Source: Octopus vulgaris
Taxonomy: Eukaryota
Assembly (NCBI GenBank): GCA_951406725.2
Contig: OX597826.1
Location: 57,598,001-57,662,000, forward strand
Direction of reading: 5' to 3'
DNA: 64,000 nt
Shown: positions 12,387-25,531 of the stretch, piece by piece
Layout of the letters: each line of letters opens with the position of its first letter
Position numbering within the stretch: the stretch's first letter is position 1
Notes under the pieces: model-generated
Database searches by the model: none
Told to the model about the DNA's origin: nothing
What the model saw: the letters and a program-made list of their open reading frames with translations, nothing else
Position numbers and translations under genes: made by a program

Positions 12387-12430
12387 AACTATGGACATGT
12401 TTCAACCTTTTAGATTTCATCAGCATAGTT
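12387..12430 (-). ncRNA. Minimal type I hammerhead ribozyme motif (Penelope-type)
   Basis: The minus strand reads AACTATG-CTGATGA-AATCT-AAA-AGGTT-GAAA-CATG-TC-CATAGTT: perfect 7-bp stem I, intact CUGAUGA/GAAA core, 5-bp stem II, palindromic ACAUGU in place of stem III, and a GUC cleavage triplet. Confidence 0.75.
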
Positions 12431-12567
12431 TATTGAAGACTGCTTGATCAGAAGGAAGTAACTTAAATGAGCTAGTTGCAAGAATTTGAAGCTGTTAGTT
12501 AAGGAGTATTGTACTGAACATAATATGCAAAAAATTCTTAAATGTTTTTGTCTTTGTTAGAGATATA

Positions 12568-12975
12568 GGCACAGGAGTGGCTGTGTGGTAAGTAGCTTGC
12601 TAACCAACCACATGGTTCAGGGTTCAGTCCCACTGCTTGGCACCTTGGGCAAGTGTCTTCTACTATAGCCCCGGGCTGACCAATGCCTTGTGAGTGGATT
12701 TGGTGGACAGAAACTGAATGAAAGCCTGTCGTATATATGTATATATATATGTGTGTGTGTGTGTGTTTGTGTGTCTGTGTTTGTCCCCCTAGCATTGCTT
12801 GACAACCGATGCTGGCGTGTTTATGTCCCCGTCACTTAGCGGTTCGGCAAAAGAGACCGATAGAATAAGTACTGGGCTTACAAAGAATAAGTCCTTGGGT
12901 CTAGTTGCTCGACTAAAGGCAGTGCTCCAGCATGGCCGCAGTCAAATGACTGAAACAAGTAAAAGAGTAAAAGAG
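12568..12975 (+). mobile_element. SINE family A
   Basis: Full head-to-tail match to the family. Confidence 0.9.
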
Positions 12976-13461
12976 TATATAAAAGAAAAAAATAGCAGTA
13001 ATTGTTAGTGACTCTAAAAGTAAAGGGGAGATGATTTCAAGATATTAAGAATTATTTTTCCAAAGTCAATTTGCATACTTGACATATGTAAATTGAGAAA
13101 ATGTATGCAGTAATTTCTGAAGTCATCTTAAGACACCACTCAGCTTGACAATTCTAAAGCATGATGTCACAGACAGTCTTCTCTCTGTCTTTTCTATTAC
13201 TTCTAGAATGGTCTCTACTTCTCAGAGCAAGCTGGAAATCATGTTACTTCCACTGAAACATTCCGCTGCCCACCCCCAATCATTTTCCCTCATTTCATCA
13301 CTCTTATCGAGCCCATCACCCCCAGACCCCACACTGATGACTACACATAGTCCTTCCTTCCTGGAATGTTCGGATTCTGAAATTCCATCCATGTCCTTCT
13401 TGCGGGTGTTGACTTGCAAATGTTCTAGAACATTAACGCCATTGAGCTCATCAGTCTAGAA

Positions 13462-13662
13462 TAGTGGTTTTCAACCAGGGTTCCGCCAGTACAGTGCAGG
13501 GGTTCTGCAAGAAGTTACAAAACTGCTAAAATCGGCAGTAATTTTTAAGTCTCCTGTGAAGATATGTGTGCATAAGACTATTAAATTATTGCACAGGGGT
13601 TCCTCGAGCCAGTGGAATGTTTCCTTGGGGTTCCGCTCCAGCAAAAAGTTTGAAAAGCACTG
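13462..13662. mobile_element. Non-autonomous hAT-type MITE (same family as 3378-3601)
   Basis: TIRs (T)AGTGGTTTTCAACC / GTTTGAAAAGCACTG; exact 8-bp TSD GTCTAGAA at 13454-13461 and 13663-13670, an NTCTAGAN target typical of Charlie-like hAT elements. Confidence 0.9.
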
Positions 13663-14255
13663 GTCTAGAAGGAACTGCAAAGGCCATGGGTACTGCCCCT
13701 TCTCTCAGATCAAGCTAGTAAAAGAACAGATATTTATAAACATGAGTCTTAGAAAAACACTTGGAAAGTTCTTGTGTGTACTTTCAAACCATTCTGATTG
13801 CTGCTGGTATCAGTTTTCTTGTATGCACATTCATATGCAGGTGCATATACGTAGGTGTACATATAAACACATACATATACAAAAGGAATGAAAAAGACCA
13901 CAAATTATAAATTGATGTAACACATGATGAAGAGAATATGAAGCAGACAGCTGAACACAGATTACTGGAGACAAACACTTAGATACACAGACGTAGAAAC
14001 ACAGAAGAGAATAAACAAAGACAGCTAAACAGACTATATGATTTATCATCTACTTGTTTCAGTTGTTGAAATATGGCCATGCTGGGATACTACCTTGAAG
14101 AATTTAGCCGAACAAATCAAATCTAGTAATACTTTTAATTCTAGTATTTATTTTGCCAGTCTCTTTTGCCAAATCACTAAGTTATGAGGATGTATCAGTT
14201 GTCAAGCAATGGAAGAGAGGGGACAAATGAAACAAAAAGAATAAGTGACAAACAT

Positions 14256-14453
14256 ATCATCATCATCATCATCATCATCGTTTAGCATCCGCTTTCCATG
14301 CTAGCATGGGTTGGACGGTTCAACTGGGGTCTGGGAAGCCAGAAGGCTGCACCAGGTCCAGTCTGATCTGGCAATGTTTCTACGGCTGGATGCCCTTCCT
14401 AATGCCAACCACTCCGTGGGTGTAGTGGGTGCTTTTTACGTGCCACCTGCACA

Positions 14454-14454
<1 letters not shown>
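14256..14454 (-). mobile_element. RTE-clade LINE 3' end with (GAT)n tail, inside a degraded SINE A
   Basis: (CAT)n followed by the reverse complement of the 3' UTR; degraded SINE A pieces flank it at about 14045-14230 and 14495-14625. Confidence 0.8.
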
Positions 14455-14499
<45 letters not shown>

Positions 14500-14717
14500 G
14501 GATTCTTTCAGTTTCTGTCTACCAAATCCATTCACAAGGCTTTAGTTGACTTAAAGTTATAGTAGAAGACACTTGCCCAAGACCATATGGCTGGGAAGCA
14601 AGCTTCTTAACCATATAGTCCTGTCTGAAAGATAAAGATAGGTTAATAGATAAACAAATAATTATGTTTGTTGGTGATAATATTGTATGACTTATGCCAA
14701 AAATTATCAACTAAAAT

Positions 14718-14841
14718 GGTGTCAGGAAGGGCATCCAGTTGTAGAAACTTTGCCAGATCAGATTGGTCCTGGTGCAGCCTCAGGCTCACCAGTCCTCAGT
14801 CAAACCATCCAACCCATGCCAGCATGGAAAGCAGACGTTAA

Positions 14842-14873
<32 letters not shown>
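14718..14873 (+). mobile_element. RTE-clade LINE 3' end
   Basis: AGGAAGGGCATCCAG...CCAACCCATGCCAGCATGGAAA...(GAT)n. Confidence 0.8.
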
Positions 14874-15599
14874 ACTTCTCAGCTGGAAAAAGAAAATTGC
14901 AAAATAGCAGCAATTATTAGTGGCTCTCAAAGAAAAAGAGAGATATGAATAAATTTCACTGAATATCTATGGTTAAAAGGAAAAAATCAGATTTTTGCTT
15001 GAAGGCAGGATGGCTTCTACATGTTCCATTCTTGTTCAACCTCAGTGAAGTATAATCATCCCAAGCTTGCTTAAGTCAGCGAAAAGAGATTTTTACAACA
15101 GAATAAAAAAATTATGAAGAATTTTGGCCAAGATCAGTTGTATCATTACAAAAAGTGATTTAAGGGAAGTACATTCAGATAGGTGGTGGTGGTGGTGGTA
15201 GTGGACTGAATGATGAACATAAAAAAATTTCTGTATGTGCAACCTAGGCTAAGTGAGTAAGAGGCTTGTTCCCCATCCATGTGGCTTTGGGTTCAGTCCT
15301 ATAGCATGGCATCATGGGCAAGTATCTTCTCCCACAGCCCTGGGCTAGCCAAAACCAGGTAAGCATATTTTGTAGTGTCTGAGGAGAGTCACACACACTG
15401 ACCCACGCACATGCACACAAACAAATAAAAAGAACGCAGCTCAAATAATGGACTGAGTCAATGACTATTGAAAAGGTTGCAAGACACATTGAAAATTTTA
15501 GGAAAATTAAATAAGTAAATGAGTGGAAACTTTACCAGTGTGTGTGTGTGTGTTAAATAATAAGGCACCAAAAGAGAATGACTCTCCCCAGACACAACA

Positions 15600-15803
15600 A
15601 TATATATATATACACATATATATATATACATATATATATACATATATGTATACATATATATACACATATAGATACATATATATACACATATATATACATA
15701 TATATATACACATATATATACATATATATACACATATATATACATATACATACACACATATATACATATTTATACACATATATATACATATACATACACA
15801 CAC

Positions 15804-15838
<35 letters not shown>

Positions 15839-16172
15839 CACATATATATACATAAAAAGCACCATCCGATCATGGCAGTTTGCCAGCCTCGTCTGGCACG
15901 TAAAAAGCACCCACTACACTCATGGAGTGGTTGGCATTAGGAAGGGCATCCAGCTGTAGAAACATTGCCAGATCAGACTGGAGCCTGGTGCAGCCTTCTG
16001 GCTTCCCAGACACCAGTTGAACCGTCCAACCCATGCTAGCATGGAAAGCGACCGCTAAACGATGATGATGATGATGATGATGATATACATATACACATAT
16101 ACATATATACATATATATATACACATATATATATACATACATATATATATACATACATATACATATACGTAC

Positions 16173-16249
<77 letters not shown>

Positions 16250-16271
16250 TATACATATATATATATACATA

Positions 16272-16312
<41 letters not shown>

Positions 16313-16464
16313 ATATACATACATATATATATACATACATATATATATACATACATATATATATACATACATATATATATACATACATATATATATACAT
16401 ACATATATATATACATACATATATATATACATACATATATATATACATACACATATATATACAT

Positions 16465-16505
<41 letters not shown>
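15600..16505. repeat. Long (TA)n/(TACA)n arrays flanking a LINE 3' end
   Basis: Read directly; arrays at about 15600-15852 and 16084-16505. Confidence 0.95.
15852..16084 (+). mobile_element. RTE-clade LINE 3' end
   Basis: Repeat unit, conserved terminal block and (GAT)n tail. Confidence 0.85.
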
Positions 16506-16520
<15 letters not shown>

Positions 16521-17288
16521 GAAAATATTAAAAAGCTACGAGATACCAATCTATACCTGCCACCAACCCCAAACACCCCCAGCTGCTCACAGAGCTTTCT
16601 TTGCTTTTTACAGATACCCTTCTTGTTTGTATATTTGCTGTGATGTATTTGATGACATTTCACAGCTCATCAGAGGTGACAAGGTGTAATATAGATGTCA
16701 AAGCAACAGCAGCAACAACAACAACAACCAATAACAAACAAGGGTGCTGGCAGAAAATATTAAGCTATAATAAGCATATAATGATGTAGCGTTGCCGCCG
16801 TTGCCGTTATAGGTGTTGTACATACAAGAACATAGGGGGGTTGGGAAACCAAGGCATAGTTACTTTACTTTCCGCCCCCCCAGTGTGCTTCACTTCCTTC
16901 CGTGGCCCCCACTCCCAATCTCCACAATTTCACTGGTTCCACTACCTGCTTCCATACCCATTACCTTCCGTCTCTCCCATAAATACAGAATCCACCGTCA
17001 CCATTACCATCACCACCATCACCACCACCACCACCACCACCATCATCATCATCGTCATCACCACCATCGTCATCACTATCTTCGTCATCACCACCACCAC
17101 CATATTGTCCTCATCACCAGCCCCATCAGCTCATCTTGCCTTGTTTGAAGAAAGAGTGACTCACTTCATTTCCAGTTAATAAAGACACCTGTGTTCACAA
17201 GATGTTTACCAATTTCCACTTAAAATGGGATTGTGTGATGCTGAAGAGAATCTGAGGGAGTAGAGGGGGGGGGGGGGGGCGGAAAAGA

Positions 17289-17322
<34 letters not shown>

Positions 17323-17898
17323 TAAGGAAATAAGGGAGAGAGAGGGTGAGAGAGAAGGAGATAAAGGAGAAAAAGGAGAAAATGAAGTGGGGAAAGAGAG
17401 TGAGAAAGAGATAGACAAATAAAAATAGAAAATATAGAGAAAAACACCATTAAAAACAATAAAAATAAATGAAACTTCATACCTATGGATCTATACTTAT
17501 GTACATATATGATGATATATATATAGAAAGATAGATAGATAGATACCTATCTCCCTATCTCTAAGATTTATATACACATGCTCGTGCACGCACACACACA
17601 CACACATACACACATAAACCTGTAGATATATGTGTGTATGTATACATATATATATATACTTATACATACATATGTATATACACACACATGCACAATTGTG
17701 CCTAACCATTTGTCATAAGTAAGTATACACCCATACACACACATATACACAACCCTCGAGATGTATGTGAGAATATATATATATATATATACTATGCTGA
17801 TAAATCTACACATTGTATAGCATACACATAATTTTGCATGAAAGTGAGAATTATATACATTTTCCATCTGTAGTTAATCTCTCTCTCTCTCTCTCTCG

Positions 17899-17954
<56 letters not shown>

Positions 17955-18094
17955 ACATTAATACACACAAACATACACACCTTCAAACATATGCATGCCA
18001 AGAAAAAACAAATATATGTGTTTCTTCTATTTCATCACATAATGTTAAAATGAACATCTCTCCATCTCCTTCTCTCTCAATATCTGTGTGCGTG

Positions 18095-18131
<37 letters not shown>

Positions 18132-18325
18132 CGTGAGTCTGTGTATGTGTGTGTATGTGTGTGTGTCTGTGTGTACGCACGCGCATAATGCACATTATTT
18201 ATTTATCAAAAAAAGTCACGCAATATTAAACAATATTTGGTTCTTATACAATAGGACGTTATTTCATAACTCATTAATGTCTTTATAAATTAAAGAAATA
18301 CTACTTGGAGATTTTATAATTCACT

Positions 18326-18399
<74 letters not shown>

Positions 18400-19208
18400 A
18401 GTATATTTATAGTGTTTTTCTTCTGTTTTTCATGCTGCAATATCATATTTTTAATAAAACCCTCAAAATGAAAATAAAATTTTGCAGAATAAACCAATAG
18501 AAAATAAATAAGATTGGAATTATTTAAATGTATTTTAAGAAAATGGGTATGGTTCCAACATTGAGTGTATTTGGTGAGAAAAATATACTTCAATCAACAA
18601 GCATAAGACATGATCACTCTAAAATTTAAATTACCTTCCAATAGCATGCATGACCTGGTTGAAATATTTATAACCACTAAGTAGGGTTGAAAGAGATATA
18701 GAGGTAGTGGGTAAAGGAGAAGAGGGGATTTACAAGAAGGGGCCATCCTTAAAATGCGCAAAAGGAAACATAATGGACCATCAACACATTAGCTGAAATG
18801 TAACATTAGGTGATGATGTTTTATACTGAATTTGAGCAATTTAACAGAAAGTTAACAGAGAAGATTTTGAACATGTATAAAATAAAACCTTCAAATCATG
18901 ATGACTCCATTAAAAAATACCCACCACCAACACCACCACCACCACCATCACTACAACTGCTACTAAAAACTAAAAAAAAAAAATCTTTGTATATTCATTT
19001 GTTTTGTTAAAATTCATTTTACTTACAATTAAAATATTGAGTTACTTTTTGAATGTACAACATAGAGTATAATATTAAACCCCTTCCATGTGTGAGGTGC
19101 TTGTGTGTGTCTGTATGTGAATATATATATATATATATACAAATATTTGTGCTAAGCATGTGTGTACAGTTATTACAGTTAGTGTGTATATGTTTATGCA
19201 TGAGTGCA

Positions 19209-19264
<56 letters not shown>

Positions 19265-19768
19265 CATCATCATCATCATCGTTTAGCGTCATATATATAT
19301 ATATAAGCAATGATGATGATATATACACATATATATACACGCACACACACACATATATGCATGTATATTTACATATATATATATGCACACATATATGTAT
19401 ATATATATATATATGCGTGTATGTATGTGTATATGTGTTTTTGCGCATGTGCACACACATGCATTCACAACACATTATCTTCAAATGTACTGTGGCTTAT
19501 ATAGATTTTATTGTTTATAATATATTTTTTTTCTTTGGCTGACATTTAAGTAGGCTTTTACTTGAATAATATACATACATATATAAATACACATACATAT
19601 ATATATATGTATGTAGACAAGCACACACACACACACACACACACACAAATGCAAATATGGCTGTCAGGTTAAGACATTCATGTCACAACCAAGTAGTTTT
19701 AGGTTCCGTCCCATTGTACAGTACATTGAGCAAGTGTCTTCTAACATAACTTCAGCTGACCAAATACC

Positions 19769-19958
19769 GATTTCTTTATTACCCACAAGGGGATAAACAT
19801 AGAGGGGACAAACAAGGACAGACATAGGTATTAAGTCGATTACATCGACCCCAGTGCATAACTGGTACTTAATTTATCGACCCCGAAAGGATGAAAGGCA
19901 AAGTCGACCTCGGCGGAATTTGAACGCAGAACGTAGTGGCAGACGAAATACCGCTAAG
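19769..19958 (-). mobile_element. SINE family B, 5'-truncated, inserted into an old SINE A-like copy
   Basis: 15-bp TSD AGCTGACCAAATACC at 19754-19768 and 19957-19971. Confidence 0.88.
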
Positions 19959-20049
19959 CTGACCAAATACCTTGTGAACTGAATTCTCTAAGTAGAAAGG
20001 ATGTGGCAGTTTATCATGTAGCATCATTACATGACATCATCATCATCAT

Positions 20050-20443
20050 CTTATCTTTTATCTTTTACTACTTTCAGTCATTAGACAGTAACCATGCTGG
20101 GGTACTGCCTTAAGGAATTTTAGTTGAACTAATCAACTCCAGTACCTATATTCTTTTGAAGCTGGTACTTATTCTATCGGTCTCTTTGGCTGAACTGCTA
20201 GCTCATAGGGATGTAAATAGACCAACACCAGCCATCAAACGATGGTGGGGGATAAACAGAAACATAAAGACACACACACACACACATTTATGACAGGCTT
20301 CTTTCAGTTTCTGTCTATCAAATCCACTCACAAGTTTTTGGTTGGCCTGAGGCTATACTAGCGGACACTTGCCACAGGTGCCACACAGTGGGACTGAACA
20401 CAGAACCATGTTATTTGGAAGCAAACTTCTTACTATACAGCCA
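20050..20443 (-). mobile_element. Older, CpG-decayed SINE A copy
   Basis: Collinear with family A, with many CpG-to-TpG/CpA changes. Confidence 0.75.
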
Positions 20444-20864
20444 GTTCACTTTTCTATGCCAGCAGAAGTTGGATGGGTTGTCAGAATCTAAACTGGTTCA
20501 TATTCAGAACTACTAACCTTCTAATTGGACGCTGATTCTATAGAGAATCACTTTATAATGTGTACTGGGTGCTTTTCATCAGCCTTGCAGGAATTAATGC
20601 AACTTCAATAAAGCTGGGGTCATGATAAAAGTTACCCAATGCACACTGTAAAAGGATCAGCAAACATACTAAGACAGTTGCAGAATTCAGAGGACTCTTT
20701 AGTTTTGTCCTGTCAAGGACATGACAACATTTCTGGTGCCAGTGTCAAAATAAAAATGCATCTGGTATACATTGTAATTGGCATTAGGAAGGGCCTCTCA
20801 GCATAGATATCATGCCAAAATTAAATATACAAGGTATACATGGCCAACCCACAACTATGCTTAA

Positions 20865-21303
20865 TCCTTTAGTGTTTGCATTATTCTGCCAAAATTAATC
20901 CTTTTTTATCCAAATTGTTTTGAACTAATCATGCATTGTTTTGTAGCTATGAGATTTTGATGAGGTAGCTGTTAATTTTTAAAACGATATTGTAGGGTTG
21001 GTGTGAGAGACCAGATCTGGCCAGTTTGAACATAAAACAGGCAGAATACTTTTGGCCGGATATGGTCAGTTTAACCCTTTTGTTACCGTATTTATTTTGA
21101 GATTTCCCCTGTAGTTCTTTCAATTGCTTTAAATATAACAATGAATTTAGTAAAATAACTTGGTTATCATTAACCTAGTGTTAGGAACATAAATTACGAC
21201 TAAGGTTTGGTGGCAGATTTTAATTCAGAACTTTTGAAAACAAGACATTTGTACTACAAAAGTGAAAGCCGGGTTGGTATCAAAAGGGTTAAACACTAAA
21301 GGG
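20865..21303. mobile_element. piggyBac-like MITE (outer element)
   Basis: TTAA at 20861-20864 and 21304-21307; TIRs TCCTTTAGTGTTT / AAACACTAAAGGG; related copy at 52225-52839. Confidence 0.8.
21075..21288. mobile_element. piggyBac-like MITE (inner, nested)
   Basis: TTAA at 21071-21074 and 21289-21292; TIRs CCCTTTTGTTACC / GGTATCAAAAGGG. Confidence 0.85.
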
Positions 21304-21851
21304 TTAAAGGTTAGAAACTCTGAAAAAAAAAATGTATTTGCATGCATTATATATGTGAAATAAATGATAGACTTTTACAAAATGGATAACAAGAATTGGA
21401 TTGAAGCTGGTGGAGGTGATGATAGTAGTAGTGGTGGTGGCAGAGCTGCTGCTGGTGGTGGTGGTGGTAGTAGAATTTAAAGAATTAAAGAAATATAAGC
21501 CACAGAGAAAAATCTCTAAAGAGATAGTCGAAACTAAACTCAGAGAATTGGGAGTTGACAGAAAATCCACAGGAAAATGATACAGAGAATAATATATATA
21601 GAGACAATAACGAATGTATAATTTTCTAGTTTATAGCATCACCAACAATACATATAACATTGGAAAATGTGTGTGTATGCATGAGTATCATGATAGCTGG
21701 ACATAGCATTTTATATATATATATATATATATATACACCGCAAAAGGATCAAAGGACCTTCCCTAGCTAAAATCTCACAAGGCCAATTACCAAGATTCTG
21801 TGGTGTATGTATTCCCCTCTGGATGAGATGCTAGTCTGTTGCAGGATTACT

Positions 21852-22263
21852 CAGGAGTGGCTGTGTGGTAAGTAGCTTGTTTACCAACCACATGGTTCCT
21901 GGTTCAGTCCCACTGCGTGGCACCTTGGGCAGTGTCTTCTACTATAGCCTGGGCCAACCAAAGCCTTGTGAGTGGATTTGGTAGACGGAAACTGAAAGAA
22001 GCCCGTCGTATATATGTATATATATATATATGCGTGTGTGTGTGTTTGTGTGTCTGTGTTTGTCCCCCTAGCATTGCTTGACAACCGATGCTGGTGTGTT
22101 TATGTCTCTGTTACTTAGCGGTTCGGCAAAAGAGACCGATAGAATAAGTACTGGGCTTACAAAAGAATAAGTCCCGGGGGTCGAGTTGCTCGATTAAAGG
22201 CGGTGCTCCAGCATGGCCACAGTCAAATGACTGAAACAAGTAAAAGAGTAAAAGAGTAAAGAG
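21852..22263 (+). mobile_element. SINE family A
   Basis: Match to the family, with a tail of GTAAAAGA repeats. Confidence 0.9.
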
Positions 22264-22519
22264 TTTTGCCAGCTGAGTAGACTCTCTTATCATATATAAT
22301 TAAACAAGAAAATTATAAAGATAGTTGATTTAAAGTGAAAGTGTGGACAGATGTGAAGCAAAATGCCAAATTGATTAATTCAGTGGGCCATGCTTCAATC
22401 TGTCCCTCAAGAGGATGAGTTCCCCTCTCACTAAGTTAGTGAATTCGTCATCATTGTCGTCGTCAAATGTCTGTTTACCATGCTGGCATGGATTAAGCCC
22501 AATTATCTATTGAAAACTG

Positions 22520-22650
22520 GAGCAAGTGAATGAAGTGGAACAATGTGAAATGAAGTATTCTGCTCGAGAATACGAGGTATCACTCAGTCCAGGGATTGAA
22601 ACCACAATCTTATGAATGTAAGTGCAACACCCTAACTAAGCCATGTGCCA
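22520..22650 (-). mobile_element. Old tRNA/CORE-like SINE head (family D)
   Basis: AATGTGAAATGAAGTA..TGCTC.AGAA..GGATTGAAAC..CACCCTAACT is shared with 60270-60398 (-) and 59035-59200 (+). Confidence 0.55.
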
Positions 22651-22763
22651 ATCTCTCTCTCTCTCTTCTCCACACACATCCACACACACACACACACATG
22701 CAAGTGTTATAATATGTGAATATAGGGAGATGGGTATAACAGTTTAACATGTGATTGTGCATA

Positions 22764-23169
22764 CTCTACTCTTTTACTCTTTTACTTGGTTCAGTCATTT
22801 GACTGCGGCCATGCTGGAGCACCGCCTTTAGTCGAGCAAATCGACCCCGGGACTTATTCTTTGTAAGCCCAGTACTTATTCTATCAGTCTCTTTTGCCGA
22901 ACCGCTAAGTGACGAGGATGTAAACACACCAGCATCAGTTGTCAAGCAATGCTAGGGGGACAAACACATACACACACACATACATATATATATATATACA
23001 TATATACGACAGGCTTCTTTCCGTTTCCGTCTACCAAATCCACTCACAAGGCATTGGTCGGCCCGGGGCTATAGCAGAAGACACTTGCCCAAGATGCCAC
23101 GCAGTGGGACTGAACCCGGAACCATGTGGTTGTTTAGCAAGCTACTTACCACACAGCCACTCCTGCGCC
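22764..23169 (-). mobile_element. SINE family A
   Basis: Full match; tail-to-tail with 21852-22263. Confidence 0.9.
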
Positions 23170-25302
23170 TATGTGTATGTGTATATGTTCAAATGTGCAG
23201 GTGTGCATATAAGTGTTACAAAAATTGAATTGTGAAGATGTGTTTATAACAGTTGAATATGTGTAACATAGGTAGTGTGTGTGCATGTGCGTGTGTGTGT
23301 GTGTGTGTGTGCAGGTTTTGAACTATTTTGAAAAAGTACATTGTAATCCTTATAAATGCTTCTTGTACATTTACACACACAAATGCATATGTATCCGTTG
23401 TTCTTTTTTCAGAATCTTTGTTAAAAACTGAGTGCTATCTCACAAGACCAATAGATAAACACAAAAGAACCTATCCCCCCCCCCCCCCGCAAAAAAAAAA
23501 TCAATTGTCTATTTAAACAATTTTTACATACATGTTTTTTTATTATATGTTTTCTTTTGGTTAAGTCTCTTACATTTAATTTCTTACTATATTTTATATT
23601 TTATTAATTAATTAATTTATTTTCTTATTTTATTTATTCCCTCAAATTTCCCCCCCTTTCCCTTCTCTCTTCCTTCCCCTGTCAGTTTACATTTGATTTC
23701 TAAGACCAAAAGGAAACCATGTTTATATCTAAAGAGTAAGAAAACTATCACTTCATTTCTCATCAGTCAATGATATCGGGGAGTAGACTTTTATAGGGAT
23801 TCTGTTTATAATAGTGATGGACAACTCCAAGATATATTTCAAGGGAAAACACCTTTGCAGTGTGCACCTCTCCTTCTGCCAACCCTGCACCAGTCTTCTT
23901 GCAAGATTATGCAAATACACGGCTACATGTAAAATTTACATAGCAAAAAATAAGGAGAGGAAAAAAGGAGCAAGTGACAGGGCAGAAACCATAGCTAGAT
24001 GTGTCTCTATTTATAGAAGAATAAATGAAAGAAGGAAAATATATGTATAAATGCTAGGGTATAGTATGAACGTGGCTCTGTGTGTGTGTGTGTGTGTGTG
24101 TGCATTTGTGTGTCTGTATATATGGGTACAGCCACATGTGTGTCTGTCTGTACATACAGAACGTGTGTGGGTGTGTGTTTGTTGGTGGTAAAGATAAATG
24201 CACAGTTAAAAGGAGTGTGTACTTTGTGTGAAATGGCTAAGATAATATAGCAGCAACACATACAGTTAAAAAATACTTGATCAATCAGGAATCCATAAAA
24301 GTCCTTAATAAAATATAGCTTTATTCTGGGGTTGAAACATGGCAGAAAATCATCTAAACTGTGGTCTTACTGAAGATATTACGCATGTACGTACACAATC
24401 ACACACACAACATGTGTATGCATCTTTATAATTCTGACTATGTGTTGTGTGTGTGTGTATCTATATATATATATATATGCATGCTTGTGTGTTTATATAA
24501 GAACATATGCATTAGGTGAATGTGTGTGTGCACATGTGTATAAATGTGAGTACACAACACAAGAAAAAAAACCCCAATAATCTTGAAGAAGGGACTACTC
24601 CTTGTCAGTGTTATTCATTGACAGGCTTTTAGATTTTTTTCGTGAAATGATTTTTAAACAATAACTAAATAAATAAATCTATTTTCGTTTTAGATCCTCT
24701 TCACTATAAATGAAAAGAGATTAAAAAACAATAGAGAACTAAAGCATTTGGCCAAATGTAATATGCTTTTGCGATGCATGTGTATTTCTCCATGTGTGCA
24801 CCTTCTTTTCCATATGTGTGTGTGCTTCTCCATATGTATGAGTCTATGGTTTTCCATATGTGTGTTTCTCAATGTGTGTGATTGTTTGTTTGTATCCATG
24901 CATGTATGATCATACCCAAATGTATATGTTTACATATATCTGCGCAGTTGAGTCATTTCAGGGCATTCAGCAATGCAGATAATGAATAGAGGGCTTGTTC
25001 ATTTTACCAATTTGATGGTAAGGACAATCATGTGGATTATCAGGAAGATGACGACGACGACAACAATGAAGATGATGATGATGATAATAATAATGACAAA
25101 GATGATGATAATTATAATGACAAGGATGGGAGTTGACTCCCATCCTTGTCATTTTAATTACTTCTTCCTCCACAGTCCGTTTCACTGATATAAATTAAGG
25201 CAAATACCAATCATCTGGTAATAAACAACTATTTATAATTTACGCATGAAGTCAAAATTTGGGGCAAGCAGTTTGTCAATGTTACTGACTCAATATTTGA
25301 CT

Positions 25303-25531
25303 CGCGAGCTGGCAGACACGTTAGCGCGCCGGGCGAAGTGCTTAGCGGTATTTCGTCTGTCGTTACGTTCTGAGTTCAAATTCCGCTGAGGTCAACTTTG
25401 CCTTTCATCCTTTCGGGGTCGATAAATAAAGTACCAGTTTCACACTGGGGGCGATATAATCGACTCAATCCCTTCGTCTGTCCTTGTTTGTCTCCGTCTA
25501 TGTTTAGCCCCTTGTGGGCAGTAAAGAAATA
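25303..25531 (+). mobile_element. SINE family B inserted into an old antisense B-like copy
   Basis: 11-bp TSD AATATTTGACT at 25292-25302 and 25532-25542. Confidence 0.88.

Noticed and set aside
12538-13008. Recurrent peptides such as [26 protein letters not shown] and EDTCPRCHAVGLNPEPCGW
   Set aside because: They recur because they are translations of SINE A copies, not a gene family.
16995-17105. Poly-His / poly-Thr ORFs
   Set aside because: A (CAC)n/(CAT)n simple repeat with no splice or homology support.
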